DNA from: an uncultured Acidobacteriota bacterium
GTDB lineage: Bacteria; Acidobacteriota; Blastocatellia; RBC074
DNA length: 64,000 nucleotides
Direction: 5' to 3'
Assembly: GCA_963796275.1 (NCBI GenBank)
Contig: CAWCKY010000007.1
Span: 704,001-768,000 of the forward strand
Part shown: positions 39,931 to 50,920 of the stretch, in pieces
Position numbering within the stretch: position 1 is the first letter of the stretch
Layout of the letters: every line of letters starts with the position of its first letter
Made by a program: the position numbers and the translations under genes
Notes under the pieces: model-generated
What the model was told of the DNA's origin: nothing
The model's input: only the letters and a program-made list of their open reading frames with translations
Database searches by the model: none

Positions 39931-40231
39931 GCGTCTCCCGTTTGAATGTGAGCGAAAGTGTGTGTGGTAATCGATTAAGACGCGCCACTCACCAATCGCC
40001 GCGAAAAATGCTCCGGTCAATGAAAAGAAGGTTTGTTTCTTTGAAACGATGATAGTCAATGATGATTGACATTTCGAAGCGCAGGAATGTTACACTCAGC
40101 AGGATTCAAATTTCAACGGGCTTTTTACCGCATATCAAAAATAGACAGGATTTACAAGATTTCATGTCGAGATGTATTAGCGGAGAACCCGTCAGTGGCA
40201 GAATCCGGTCGCCCTTGAGTGGTCTCACAAT

Positions 40232-40264
40232 AAAAAAGGCAAGGCTGAAAACAACCTTGCCTTT
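40232..40264 (-). terminator. Rho-independent terminator of the M48 gene
   Basis: Minus strand AAAGGCAAGG-loop-CCTTGCCTTTTTT. Confidence 0.75.
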
Positions 40265-40287
40265 CACGCGTCCAAATAAAGGAGAAC

Positions 40288-41388
40288 TTATTGATTGGGC
40301 GGTTTCGTCGATGATGACTCGCCATCTTTGCGGCGCAACGTCGGTTTCTCCGAGGGCGCTTTCTGCTCTTGATCTGTGCTCGTATCCGTACCCTCAGGCG
40401 ATCCTGGTTGACGGCGCTTGAGAGTGGGCCGTTTGGAATCAGCATCCGAAGCCCCAGCTCCGCCTCGCCCGGTCGAACGGGCATTGGTGAGTGAAATCAA
40501 ACGTCTTTTAACCTGCAGAAATTCAGAGGTGTCCGTGACATATCCGCTGTCGCTGCGATCCGGAAAACGGGCGATCAACGAATTGACCCTGTCTATACGG
40601 TCGGGGACCATCGGGTGCGTAGAGAAGATGCGGACTATCGTGCCCGGTTTCTTCTTATCCTGCGCCTGCAGCTTCTCAAAGAAAGTTGACATTGCGCGAG
40701 GGTCGTACCCGGTAGCGTAGAGATATTGTGCACCCAGCATGTCAGCCTCATATTCGGCTCCGCGGGAGAACTTCAAGAAGCCCAGCGGGATGGCCAAACC
40801 GGCCACCTGCTGCACGGCAAAACCGCCCCAGCCGCCGAGAAATATCAGCGGTAGCGACGAGAAGTTCACGATCTGTCCCTTCGATGCTTGTTCGACGCCG
40901 TGGCGCGCCGCGACATGCGCGATCTCATGCGCCATCGGGCCGGCGAGTTCGGCCTCGTTATCGGCTGCCAGAATCAACCCTCTATTGACGTAAAAGAAGC
41001 CACCCGGAAGTGCGAACGCGTTGATCTCTTCACTGTCGATCACCTTGATCGTGAATGGGACCTTGGCGTCCGAATGGAGAACCAGGTTTTGACCTACCTT
41101 GTTGATGTAATCAACTACCAGAGGGTCTTCGATTAATTTCGCGGTCCGATCAACTTCCAGGGCGTATTGCCGGCCAAGCGCCACTTCCTTATCAATCGAA
41201 TAGAAATTGATCTGGTGCTTGTTGATATTGCGCTTGCCGATCATATCCGGATTTTCATTCTCGGAAAGCGATTTTGAGGAGTCTTTTTGGGAGTTTTTTG
41301 TGGATTTGTCCTGAGCGAAAGCTGGCGTGGCGATCAAAATTAGACTGAACGCGAGCCAGAGATGACGATGGGCGGATGATGTTCTCAT
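40288..41388 (-). CDS. M48 family metalloprotease (BepA/LoiP-like), exported
   Basis: INAFALPGG, HEIAH, SRGAEYEAD, STHP. Confidence 0.92.
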   Translation of the reverse strand: MRTSSAHRHLWLAFSLILIATPAFAQDKSTKNSQKDSSKSLSENENPDMIGKRNINKHQINFYSIDKEVALGRQYALEVDRTAKLIEDPLVVDYINKVGQNLVLHSDAKVPFTIKVIDSEEINAFALPGGFFYVNRGLILAADNEAELAGPMAHEIAHVAARHGVEQASKGQIVNFSSLPLIFLGGWGGFAVQQVAGLAIPLGFLKFSRGAEYEADMLGAQYLYATGYDPRAMSTFFEKLQAQDKKKPGTIVRIFSTHPMVPDRIDRVNSLIARFPDRSDSGYVTDTSEFLQVKRRLISLTNARSTGRGGAGASDADSKRPTLKRRQPGSPEGTDTSTDQEQKAPSEKPTLRRKDGESSSTKPPNQ

Positions 41389-42684
41389 TGCTCAATCTCC
41401 TTGCCAAATGCCTACCTTGCCATTACTGGCGGTTTATTGCTCGAGGCGATTGCTCAAGCTGTTCTACCTATCACTTCTTTATCGCTACTCCGTACCGAAG
41501 CGATGATAGCGGTATTCAATGAACCACCTGTCGAGAACCAGTAATATGTCCGGAAATCGTATCCAACTGATTTACTCCCGGACAAGATCATTATACTCAT
41601 GGTGCGGTTAATATGCTCCATCTTTCTAATTAATCTTTCCTTACAGCCTCCCGTTTCAATGCGTTCGAAACTATTTGATTCGGTTACTATTTACGCCATA
41701 GCGTAGTTGATTGGTTTTTACTCAGTATTAGTTGTTTTAAATGCGTTCGCAGGCCACGTGCACAGCCGATGAGGGTTACCGTTCAGGATGGCGGACAAGT
41801 GACTTGTCGAGCCACAAGTGGTTATCTGGAAGAATGGCGTGAAGCAGCGTAATAGGTAATTAGAGGGATGAGGGAGGTATTCGCGGAGTTTGGCGGCGAT
41901 TGACGCTTGTTCCGCGCTCGTGTTTAGGATGATCTTTAAATGAGCAGTGGAGTTTGGCCGCGCGGTCCGGGACATCGATGCAGTGGTTGGGGGATGCCTG
42001 GCCCGAGATATAAGGCGCGAGATGCGTTCACAGAGGGATCCATCGGCAGTTTAGTTATAACCTGTGCTGTTTTGGTCGTCTATTTATCACATTGCCGGGG
42101 CGAAGCCTCGTCGACACTCAAATTTAACGGTGATTTGCCGCAGTTGCCAAGATCACCGCTGATCTTTTTCCATTCTATTGATCTTCAGATAATCAGCTTT
42201 TCACAAACGTAGGCGTTGATCCCAAACTCTGTCGCCCATTTTCATGAGCTCCAAACTATATCACGAGCATACCCAGAGCTTCGCTTTGTGCACGCCTGAT
42301 ACGACCTGATGCACCTATAATCTGGATGCCGGCATGAGTCTTAAATTGAATATGAAAAATAATTCACCTCGTCTTAATAACTTAACTCAATTGAGAATTG
42401 AGTATCGAGGTAGGGCGGGACTGGATTATAATCCGGGTACTGAAGACAGGCGTCAGGAGTCGGTATTCGAGAGATACAACAAGAGGCAACAAGAGAAAAA
42501 TACAAGAGAAAATATTGGATAAAAGATGTGGAGGCCGGCCTAGAGCTGAACTTGGTGCAGGTGAATTCTTGTTCTGACTTTTGTTTTTTGACTTCTGTAA
42601 TAATTTATATTTGCAAAGTGTCCTATGGGATTGTATCAGTTTAGAAAGATTATGAATTATCGGGATATGAAAGGAAGAAGATCG

Positions 42685-43983
42685 ATGAAGCACAACCGCT
42701 TATTTATCTTACTGCTTGCTTTGACATTGACGCCGTTCGGGATCGCAGCGCTGGCGACGACTACCCCGATCGACCCGATTGCCCCGACTGCCCCGACTGC
42801 CCCGACTGTTGAATGGCCGCAGTGGCGAGGGCCGCAACGCAATGGACTTTCGAGCGACAAAGGGCTTCTGAAGCAATGGCCTGAATCGGGACCATCGAAG
42901 GTCTGGTCGATCTCGAACTTGGGCGAAGGATTCGGTTCGCTAGCCGTGGTGGGCGAACGCATATACGTGCAAGGTACGAGCGGATCGGCGAGTACGCTCT
43001 TCTGTTTGAATCGCGCTGATGGCAAGACGATCTGGACAACTTCGCTCGGGCCGAAAGTAGATGAGGGGCGCGGGAACGGTCCGCGTTCGACTCCGACAGT
43101 CGATGGTGACCGCGTCTACGTTCTGACGGAGAATGGCGATCTGGCATGTCTGCGGACGCGCGATGCGTCCCGCCTCTGGAGCAAGAATATCCTGAAGGAG
43201 TTCGGCGGACAAAATCCGGGATGGCTCATCAGTGAATCTCCGCTGGTTGACGGAGACCACCTGATCGTCACGCCGGGGGGGAGCGGAGCCGGTATCGTCG
43301 CGCTCGATAAAATGTCCGGCAAGACGGTCTGGACCACCAAAGAATTGAGCGATCAGGCTGGTTATGCTTCCTGCATAGCGGCGGAGATCGGCGGGGTCCG
43401 TACGATCATGAATTTCACCTCGAGATCAGCAGTGGGTGTGCGCGCCAGCGATGGAAAGCTGATGTGGCGTTATAACAACGCGGCGAATGGAACGGCAAAT
43501 TGCGCGACGCCAGTCTTCGCAGACAACAAAGTATTTTTCACGTCAGACTACGGGACGGGCTCGGGATTGCTAGGCCTGAGCGCGCAAAATGGCGAAGTGA
43601 AGGCGCAGGAGCTATATTTCACCAAGGATATGCGGAACCACCACGGCGGAGTCGTGCTCGTAAACGGCTATCTCTATGGTTTCTCCGGCAGCACAGGTCT
43701 CACGTGTATAGAATTTGCTACCGGTAAGAAGATGTGGGCCAATCGCAGCGTCGGTAAGGGTTCGCTGTCGTATGCCGATGGAATGCTCTACCTGCTCGGG
43801 GAAAAACATATCGTCGGCCTGGCGGAAGCAACGCCGAAAGGATACGTCGAGCGTGGGCGGTTCTCGATCGAGGATCAGGGGAAAGATAGCTGGGCGCATC
43901 CGGTGGTGATAGGCGGCAAACTTTATATCCGCGATCAATCCAACCTGACGTGTTATGACGTGAAATCATCGGTTACCCCTTGA
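42685..43983 (+). CDS. PQQ-binding-like beta-propeller protein
   Basis: WPQWRGPQRNG, repeated A.DGK..W units, WAHPV; signal peptide. Confidence 0.9.
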   Translation: MKHNRLFILLLALTLTPFGIAALATTTPIDPIAPTAPTAPTVEWPQWRGPQRNGLSSDKGLLKQWPESGPSKVWSISNLGEGFGSLAVVGERIYVQGTSGSASTLFCLNRADGKTIWTTSLGPKVDEGRGNGPRSTPTVDGDRVYVLTENGDLACLRTRDASRLWSKNILKEFGGQNPGWLISESPLVDGDHLIVTPGGSGAGIVALDKMSGKTVWTTKELSDQAGYASCIAAEIGGVRTIMNFTSRSAVGVRASDGKLMWRYNNAANGTANCATPVFADNKVFFTSDYGTGSGLLGLSAQNGEVKAQELYFTKDMRNHHGGVVLVNGYLYGFSGSTGLTCIEFATGKKMWANRSVGKGSLSYADGMLYLLGEKHIVGLAEATPKGYVERGRFSIEDQGKDSWAHPVVIGGKLYIRDQSNLTCYDVKSSVTP

Positions 43984-44057
43984 TTACAGATATGGAAGAA
44001 AGGGCCGGGAGCGGGCGGGGCCTGATATTCCGTTAATTTTCCCGCTCCCTTTCTTTC

Positions 44058-44510
44058 TCACTTCGCCGCAATCGCCTGCATCTCGAAATGAGCCCCGCGC
44101 AGTAATGGCCCCGATCCGATGAATGCACGTGCGGGAAAGTCTTTACTGAAATAGGTCCGATAAACGCCATTGAATTTGTCGTAGAGGGCGAGATCGGGAC
44201 AGTAGATAGTGACAGTGACGATGTTATCCATTGTCATCCCCGCCTGGGCGAGCGTCGCTTTGAAACTGTCGAGCATAAATCGGATCTCCTGTTCGACATC
44301 ATCCGGAATCTTATTGGTTTTTGGATCAGTGCCCAATCTTCCGGCGAGGTAGAGCGTATTGCCTGCCATCACGCCATCGCTGAATGGTAACTTGGGGTCC
44401 TTGGATGGCAGATTGATGTAACGCCGCCCGGGACCCTGACTATAGGTTATTGCTCCGCCGATTATCATTCCTATCAGCATGCCGATAACGATCATATATG
44501 GTTTTTTCAT
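44058..44510 (-). CDS. RidA/YjgF family protein with N-terminal signal peptide
   Basis: PFSDGV, LYLAG, FPARA, FEMQAIA. Confidence 0.9.
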   Translation of the reverse strand: MKKPYMIVIGMLIGMIIGGAITYSQGPGRRYINLPSKDPKLPFSDGVMAGNTLYLAGRLGTDPKTNKIPDDVEQEIRFMLDSFKATLAQAGMTMDNIVTVTIYCPDLALYDKFNGVYRTYFSKDFPARAFIGSGPLLRGAHFEMQAIAAK

Positions 44511-44802
44511 ATTGGCTCTCTCCCTGTTAATTTGCCGATGAACCGGTTGATTACTGCGCATAACAGATGATGACGGTGTAGAAAGCCGGATTACAGCACG
44601 AAACGGGCTATATGTACACGTGATGTGGTGTATGTTGATGCATGTGATCGGAACAGCCTAAACCTTTGAATATCCGTGTACTATTCCGCGGTCATGTCGT
44701 AAGCTTCGAGATGAAAGTGGAAAGCGCGGCAGTGGGCGATATTGTCGTCACGGTTTATGCGAACGAGCAACTGCCGGCCGATTTTCAGAGGGGACTTGAA
44801 CG

Positions 44803-46371
44803 ATGGCATTTGATCTTTTGGCATATATGAATATCGATCATACGGCAGAGCCGCTGCGCGAAGATGAGGCAGCGTTCGTTGCTCAATATCTGAGCGACGC
44901 GACCGGACAGCAGATATACCGGTCGTCTATCTCGGCCGCCGGGCGCGCGCTCTTCTTCCTGATGCGCGGAGACGGTCGCAAATCGCTGGGGCTGCTCGCC
45001 GCCGATGAAACACTGCTTAATCGATTCGAAGGTAAGGCTTCGGATTTCCAGTTGAGTGATCAACTGATGAAGCTGAAATTATGCGAGACCACGGCTGCCA
45101 ATGCTGACGCGCTGCGATCTATCTTCGCATTCCTTGTTCCGCAGACACTGGGGCTGAAAAAGTCTGCCGGTTGTGGTGACCGTTTGGGATTGGCGACGCC
45201 CGGGCATATCCGCGCGATTCGCCATTCGTCTATGGCTCCGATTCTTGCGCAACAATCGATCCGGGAGAATTCGCGCACAGGCCGAACGCCGCAAGAGGTG
45301 ATGGATGATGCGCTGTGGGGAATTTTTCAGGAGGGATGGCGGGGCGGTTTCGGAGCCGACGCCGATCATTTGAAGACGACGGATGATATCGATTCCTGCG
45401 CGGCTGCCGGCTTCACCTTTTATACGATCGATCCGGGCGAGCAGGTCGACAATGAGGCCGATAGAGCTTCGGTCGATGTCTTGAGAGCCAAGATCGAAAC
45501 GCTCCCGTGGGCCGATCTTGAAACGACCTGGCACGACACGCAGGCGCGCTTGGGGCGGCCCGTCGACCTAGGCGATTTCAAGGTGACGATCGACCAGGAA
45601 GAGTTGTTACGGGCTGCCGCCAAATACGGCCGCGTCGTCGCGCACACGGTGAAAATGTATCGCCATCTCGAGCAGGTCGCGCAAGGCAAACCTTTCGAGC
45701 TGGAGATGAGTGTTGACGAAACGGAGACGGTGACGACGCTGGCGGAGCATATCTATATCGCGTACGAATTGAGGCGGCTCGGCGTCAAGTGGGTGAGCCT
45801 GGCGCCGCGTTACGTAGGCACGTTCGAAAAAGGCGTTGATTACATTGGCGACCCGGCGGAGTTCGAGAAGTCTTTCGCGCAGCATCTCGCCGTCTCGCAG
45901 GCTTTCGGGCCTTACAAACTCAGTCTTCACTCGGGTTCCGATAAGTTCAGCGTATATCCGATCGCCTCACGCGTGGCGGGCGATCTTGTGCATCTGAAGA
46001 CTGCGGGCACCAGCTACCTCGAGGCCCTGCGCGCGATCGGAAAAGTCGATCCCGCGCTTTTCCGCGAGATCGCCGGATTTGCCCGAGAACGTTATCCGAT
46101 CGATCGCGCGAGCTATCACGTATCGGCTGAAGTGAGCAAAATGCCGAACCCGTCGTCCCTCGCTGACGAACGATTGATCGACCTGCTGGATGATTTCCAT
46201 GCGCGTGAAATCTTACACGTTACCTTCGGCTCGGTATTACATCACCGCAGATTGCGCGAGCCGTTCTTCTCCACACTGCGATCGAATGAAGAGGTCTACT
46301 TTGAAATGCTCGAGCGGCATTTCGGACGTCACTTCGCGCCCTTTGGGGAGGTTGCAGCAATCGGCGGTTGA
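44803..46371 (+). CDS. uxaE: Tagaturonate/fructuronate epimerase
   Basis: GDRLGLATPGH, AQQSIRE, GADADHLK, SVDET, SLHSGSDKF, HLKTAGTSYLEA. Confidence 0.9.
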   Translation: MAFDLLAYMNIDHTAEPLREDEAAFVAQYLSDATGQQIYRSSISAAGRALFFLMRGDGRKSLGLLAADETLLNRFEGKASDFQLSDQLMKLKLCETTAANADALRSIFAFLVPQTLGLKKSAGCGDRLGLATPGHIRAIRHSSMAPILAQQSIRENSRTGRTPQEVMDDALWGIFQEGWRGGFGADADHLKTTDDIDSCAAAGFTFYTIDPGEQVDNEADRASVDVLRAKIETLPWADLETTWHDTQARLGRPVDLGDFKVTIDQEELLRAAAKYGRVVAHTVKMYRHLEQVAQGKPFELEMSVDETETVTTLAEHIYIAYELRRLGVKWVSLAPRYVGTFEKGVDYIGDPAEFEKSFAQHLAVSQAFGPYKLSLHSGSDKFSVYPIASRVAGDLVHLKTAGTSYLEALRAIGKVDPALFREIAGFARERYPIDRASYHVSAEVSKMPNPSSLADERLIDLLDDFHAREILHVTFGSVLHHRRLREPFFSTLRSNEEVYFEMLERHFGRHFAPFGEVAAIGG

Positions 46372-46392
46372 AAGAGAATACTGAACCAACTA

Positions 46393-47223
46393 ATGAACCA
46401 TAATGAACTGATCAAACTGTATGATTTTAGCGGCCGTGCGATTGTAATCACGGGCGGCACGGGGGTTTTATGCAGCACAATGGCGAGCGCTCTGGTGGGG
46501 TGCGGCGCAAATGTCGCCATCGTCGCCCGAACTCCCGCGAAGGGAGAAGCTCTCCTCTCGCAATTGTCCGGCCCCGGACGCGCCATTATAGTTGAGGGCG
46601 ACGTTCTCAAGCAGGATATGCTTGAGAAGGTCGCGAGCAGGGTGGTAGCTGAATTCGGTCAAATCGACGGACTGGTCAACGGCGCCGGCGGCAACAATCC
46701 GCAAGCGACTACGCGGCCCGATCTGACCTTCTTCAATCTGCCGGAAGAAGCGCTGCGTTATGTTTTCGACGTGAATCTACTCGGCACTATTCTGCCCTGT
46801 CAGGTCTTCGGCCGGCAGATGGCGAATCAGGGTGAAGGCGTGATTTTGAATATCTCATCGATGAGTGCCATCAGACCGCTCACCAGGGTTATCGGCTACT
46901 CCGCTGCCAAAGCGGGGGTGAACAATTTCACGCAATGGCTGGCCGTTTATCTTTCACAACTGTACTCTCCGCGCATCCGCGTCAACGCTCTCGCTCCGGG
47001 ATTCTTCGTGAGCGAGCAGAACCGAAAGATGCTGATCGACGAGAGTACCGGTGAATTGACGCAGCGCGGCCATAGCATCATCACGCACACGCCTATGGGG
47101 CGCTTCGGTCAACCTGAAGATTTGCTCGGCGCCGCACTTTGGCTGCTATCGCCCGCGGCAGCATTCGTGACGGGGATCGTGGTGCCAGTCGATGGCGGTT
47201 TCTCTGCGTACGGCGGCGTTTGA
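46393..47223 (+). CDS. SDR oxidoreductase, D-mannonate/fructuronate reductase-like
   Basis: TGGTGVLC, NGAGGN, YSAAK, PGFF; follows uxaE. Confidence 0.85.
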   Translation: MNHNELIKLYDFSGRAIVITGGTGVLCSTMASALVGCGANVAIVARTPAKGEALLSQLSGPGRAIIVEGDVLKQDMLEKVASRVVAEFGQIDGLVNGAGGNNPQATTRPDLTFFNLPEEALRYVFDVNLLGTILPCQVFGRQMANQGEGVILNISSMSAIRPLTRVIGYSAAKAGVNNFTQWLAVYLSQLYSPRIRVNALAPGFFVSEQNRKMLIDESTGELTQRGHSIITHTPMGRFGQPEDLLGAALWLLSPAAAFVTGIVVPVDGGFSAYGGV

Positions 47224-47313
47224 GATAGAAGGCGATACGTTCTTCTGATCGTCAACCATCATTGGTGCTTCAGGATAAAACTAATTACACCAAACAATTT
47301 CTACAGCTTTTCA

Positions 47314-48585
47314 ATGCTTATCGGCAAAGGATATCAAGATCAATATTTAACAGAATCCGAGATACGCGAATTGATGGCCTCGGCTCTATCGCGGGCCAGT
47401 CTCGACGGCAAACGGGTAATCATCATAATCCCTGACGGGACGCGTACCGCGCCGATTCCCCAGATGTTTCGCCTCTTCCACGACATTCTGGGCAGTCACG
47501 TCGCAAATCTCGATTTTCTCATTGCCCTGGGTACGCATCAGATGATGAGTGAAGCGGCAATTAATAAGCACATTGGCGTAACAGCGGAAGAGCGCGAGAC
47601 GAAATACGCGAAAGTGAAAATCTTCAACCATCGCTGGGACCTGCCCGGCACGATGGTCGATCTGGGCGAGATATCCGCCGAGGAGACCTCTGCACTGAGC
47701 GATGGCTTGTTGAAAGAATCGGTCAAGGTCCGCGTGAACAGGATGATCTTCGATTACGATCAGATAATCGTCTGCGGTCCAACCTTTCCGCACGAGGTCG
47801 TCGGCTTCTCCGGCGGGAATAAATATTTTTTCCCGGGAATCAGCGGTGCCGAGGTTATCAACTATTCGCACTGGCTGGGGGCGGTGATCACTAGCTTCGA
47901 GCTGATCGGGACGAAACACACGCCTGTGCGCCGCGTAATCGATCGAGCTGCATCTTTCATAGATAAGCCCAAACTGTGTTTCAGTATGGTCGTCAAAGGC
48001 GAATCGCTGGCGGGCCTATACATCGGCACGCCGGAGGAGGCCTGGGAGGCGGCGAGCGACCTGTCATCGCAGCTCCACGTCCTCTGGGTCGAAAAGCCAT
48101 TTCGGCGCGTACTGTCGGTAATGCCGAAGCTTTACGCCGATATCTGGACCGCATCGAAGGGAATGTACAAACTCGAGCCCGCTATTGAAGATGGCGGTGA
48201 AGTGATCGTCTATGCGCCGCACATCCAAGAGATCAGCTACTCGCACGGAAGCGTCATCGATGAGATCGGTTATCACGTGCGCGATTATTTCGTAAAACAA
48301 TGGGAAAAGTACAAATCTTATCCGTGGGGCGTCATCGCGCATAGTACGCATCTGAAAGGCATCGGCTCATACGATGCCGGCAGAGGCATCGAGACGCCGC
48401 GTATAAAAGTTACGCTGGCGACGAGAATCCCCGAGGAGCGATGCCGCAAGGTAAACCTGGGTTATCTCGACCCCGACTCGATCAATCTCGAAGGGTGGAA
48501 GGGCAGGGAAGATGAAGGTATATTGTTAGTGCCGAAGGCGGGTGAGATGCTATATCGTGTGAAGCCGAAAGCGGCAGTGGCTTGA
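47314..48585 (+). CDS. LarA-family nickel-pincer racemase/epimerase (probable gluconate/mannonate 2-epimerase)
   Basis: PDGTR, ALGTH, PHEVVGFSGGNKYFFPG; operon context. Confidence 0.8.
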   Translation: MLIGKGYQDQYLTESEIRELMASALSRASLDGKRVIIIIPDGTRTAPIPQMFRLFHDILGSHVANLDFLIALGTHQMMSEAAINKHIGVTAEERETKYAKVKIFNHRWDLPGTMVDLGEISAEETSALSDGLLKESVKVRVNRMIFDYDQIIVCGPTFPHEVVGFSGGNKYFFPGISGAEVINYSHWLGAVITSFELIGTKHTPVRRVIDRAASFIDKPKLCFSMVVKGESLAGLYIGTPEEAWEAASDLSSQLHVLWVEKPFRRVLSVMPKLYADIWTASKGMYKLEPAIEDGGEVIVYAPHIQEISYSHGSVIDEIGYHVRDYFVKQWEKYKSYPWGVIAHSTHLKGIGSYDAGRGIETPRIKVTLATRIPEERCRKVNLGYLDPDSINLEGWKGREDEGILLVPKAGEMLYRVKPKAAVA

Positions 48586-48594
48586 TTTAGAAGC

Positions 48595-48685
48595 GGGAAT
48601 ACAAACCGAACGAAAAATAACGAAACATACGCAAAAATCCGGTCTGTTCGTATATTTCGTTGTTCTTCATTATTTCGTATTCCAT
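48595..48685. repeat. 9-mer-based palindromic intergenic element
   Basis: GAACGAAAAATAACGAAACATACG ... TTCGTATATTTCGTTGTTCTTCATTATTTCGTATTCC. Confidence 0.55.
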
Positions 48686-48719
48686 CTCTTCTGCAATCTG
48701 GAAATTCAAGGGAATCGAG

Positions 48720-50864
48720 ATGCTAGTTGATGAAGATTTAACGCGATCGCCGAAGAGGGTCATTCGTGGGGCATGTCCGCACGATTGTCCAGACACCTGC
48801 GCCCTGGTCGTCACCGTCGAAAACGGGCAGGCGGTCAAGGTCGAAGGCGCGGAGGATCATCCGACGACCAACGGATTTCTCTGTAACAAAGTAAACCGCT
48901 ATCTGGAACGCACCTACAGCCCGCAGCGCGTCCTCTATCCGATGAAACGCGTCGGCCAAAAGGGCAAAGGGATATTCGCGCGCATCTCTTGGGACGAAGC
49001 CATCGATATCGTCTCCACGAAGTTCAAAGAGATCGCCGCCGACGATCCACAGGCGATCCTGCCATACAGCTATGCCGGTACGATGGGTCTGGTTCAGGGC
49101 GAGTCGATGGATCGCCGCTTCTTTCACAAAATCGGAGCATCTCTACTCGATCGGACTATCTGCGCGAGCGCGGGTGGGGCGGGTTACCGGGCGACTATCG
49201 GTTTGAGCATGGGGACCGATCCCGAACGTTTCGGCGATGCGAAGCTGATAATCATCTGGGGCTCGAACCCTATCACATCCAACGTTCACCTATGGCCGAA
49301 AATTCTCGAAGCGAGGCGCAAAGGCGCCAAGGTCATCGCGATAGATCCCTATCGCAGTTTGAGCGCGGAGAAGTGCGATGAACACATCGCGCTGCTCCCG
49401 GGCACCGACGGCGCGCTGGCGCTGGCGATGATGCACGTTATCATCAAAGAAGGTCTGATCGATCTCGATTATGTCGAACGTTATGCGCTGGGTTACCAAC
49501 TGCTGCGCGAGCGTGTGCTTGAGTATCCCCCATCTCGGGTCGCTGCGATTACCGGGTTGGGCGAGGAAGCCATCGTCAGGCTTGCGCGCGAGTATGCGAC
49601 GACGAAGCCCGCGGTCATCCGCTTGAACTATGGGATGCAGCGTCACGCCGGCGGTGGGATGGCCGTGCGCACGGTTACGTGCCTGCCCGCGCTGATCGGG
49701 TCATGGCGCGATCCGGCGGGCGGCGTCCTGCTCTCGACCTCGGGTACTTTTGCAATTAATACGAATGCGCTGCAGCGGCCCGACCTCATCTGGAACAACC
49801 CGCGTACGATCAATATGTCTGCGATCGGCGATGCACTTTTAGGTTATCAGCGTACGGTTCAACACCGCGTTCAAAATGGCCGCGATGAAGTCGAACAAAC
49901 CCTGAGCCCGCTCGATCCGCCTGTCCGTGCTATCTACGTTTACAATTCGAACCCGGTGGCTGTAGCGCCCGATTCACGGAAAGTCATCGCGGGATTCAAA
50001 CGCGAAGATCTCTTTACAGTAGTCCACGAAATATTTCAGACCGACACGGCGGATTACGCCGATATCCTGCTGCCGGCGACCACGCAGCTCGAACAATTCG
50101 ACATTCACAAAGCATACGGCCACCTCTATCTGCTGGTGAACAATCCGGCCATCGAGCCGATCGGCGAAGCCAAACCGAACAGCCAGGTCTTTCGGCTGCT
50201 GGCCGAACGCATTGGCTTCACCGACGATTGTTTCAAAGAGAATGACGAAGAGATCGCGCGCCAGGCCATCGCTTACGATCACCCGCGGATGCAGGGAATC
50301 GATTTTGATGAGCTGAAAGAGAGAGGCTGGGTGCGCTTGAACGTCCCGGAAAGTTTTGCGCCTTTCGCCGAAGGGAACTTCCCGACCCCCTCGGGTAAGT
50401 GCGAATTCTTCAGCGAGACCTTGGCGCAACAGGGGATCGATCCTTTGCCAACCTTTATACCACCCAGAGAATCGGCGCAGACCGCGCCTGAGCTGGCGGG
50501 CAAGTATCCGCTGGCGATCATCTCACCGCCTGCTCACAGCTTTCTCAATTCCAGCTTCGCGAATCTGCCGAGTTTCGTAAAGGCGGAGAAGGAGCCTTTC
50601 CTGGATATTCATCCAGTAGACGCCGCGCCGCGCGCGATAAGGGACGGCGACCGGGTGCGCGTCTTCAATGATAGAGGCGAATTCAGAGTCAAAGCTCGAG
50701 TGACGGAGAAGGCGCGGCCGGGTGTGGTGGTCGCTCTTTCTATCTGGTGGAAGAAGATGACGAGTGATGGGTGCAACGCGAATGACGTGACATCGCAGGC
50801 GCTGACGGACCTGGGCGCGGCTGCGACGTTTTACGATGCGTTGGTGGAGGTGGATAGAGTTTAG
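48720..50864 (+). CDS. Molybdopterin (bis-MGD) oxidoreductase
   Basis: CPHDCPDTC and C, ISWDEA, TDTADYADILLPA, PTPSGKCEF. Confidence 0.9.
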   Translation: MLVDEDLTRSPKRVIRGACPHDCPDTCALVVTVENGQAVKVEGAEDHPTTNGFLCNKVNRYLERTYSPQRVLYPMKRVGQKGKGIFARISWDEAIDIVSTKFKEIAADDPQAILPYSYAGTMGLVQGESMDRRFFHKIGASLLDRTICASAGGAGYRATIGLSMGTDPERFGDAKLIIIWGSNPITSNVHLWPKILEARRKGAKVIAIDPYRSLSAEKCDEHIALLPGTDGALALAMMHVIIKEGLIDLDYVERYALGYQLLRERVLEYPPSRVAAITGLGEEAIVRLAREYATTKPAVIRLNYGMQRHAGGGMAVRTVTCLPALIGSWRDPAGGVLLSTSGTFAINTNALQRPDLIWNNPRTINMSAIGDALLGYQRTVQHRVQNGRDEVEQTLSPLDPPVRAIYVYNSNPVAVAPDSRKVIAGFKREDLFTVVHEIFQTDTADYADILLPATTQLEQFDIHKAYGHLYLLVNNPAIEPIGEAKPNSQVFRLLAERIGFTDDCFKENDEEIARQAIAYDHPRMQGIDFDELKERGWVRLNVPESFAPFAEGNFPTPSGKCEFFSETLAQQGIDPLPTFIPPRESAQTAPELAGKYPLAIISPPAHSFLNSSFANLPSFVKAEKEPFLDIHPVDAAPRAIRDGDRVRVFNDRGEFRVKARVTEKARPGVVVALSIWWKKMTSDGCNANDVTSQALTDLGAAATFYDALVEVDRV

Positions 50865-50920
50865 AATCTGTCATTTGAAATTGCATCAGACGAAATATTT
50901 CCCTCAGCCGATCGTCCTCT

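Noticed and set aside
44007-44049. Terminator GGGAGCGGG...CCCGCTCCC
   Set aside because: A 25-nt loop is atypical; plausible but not well enough supported to call.
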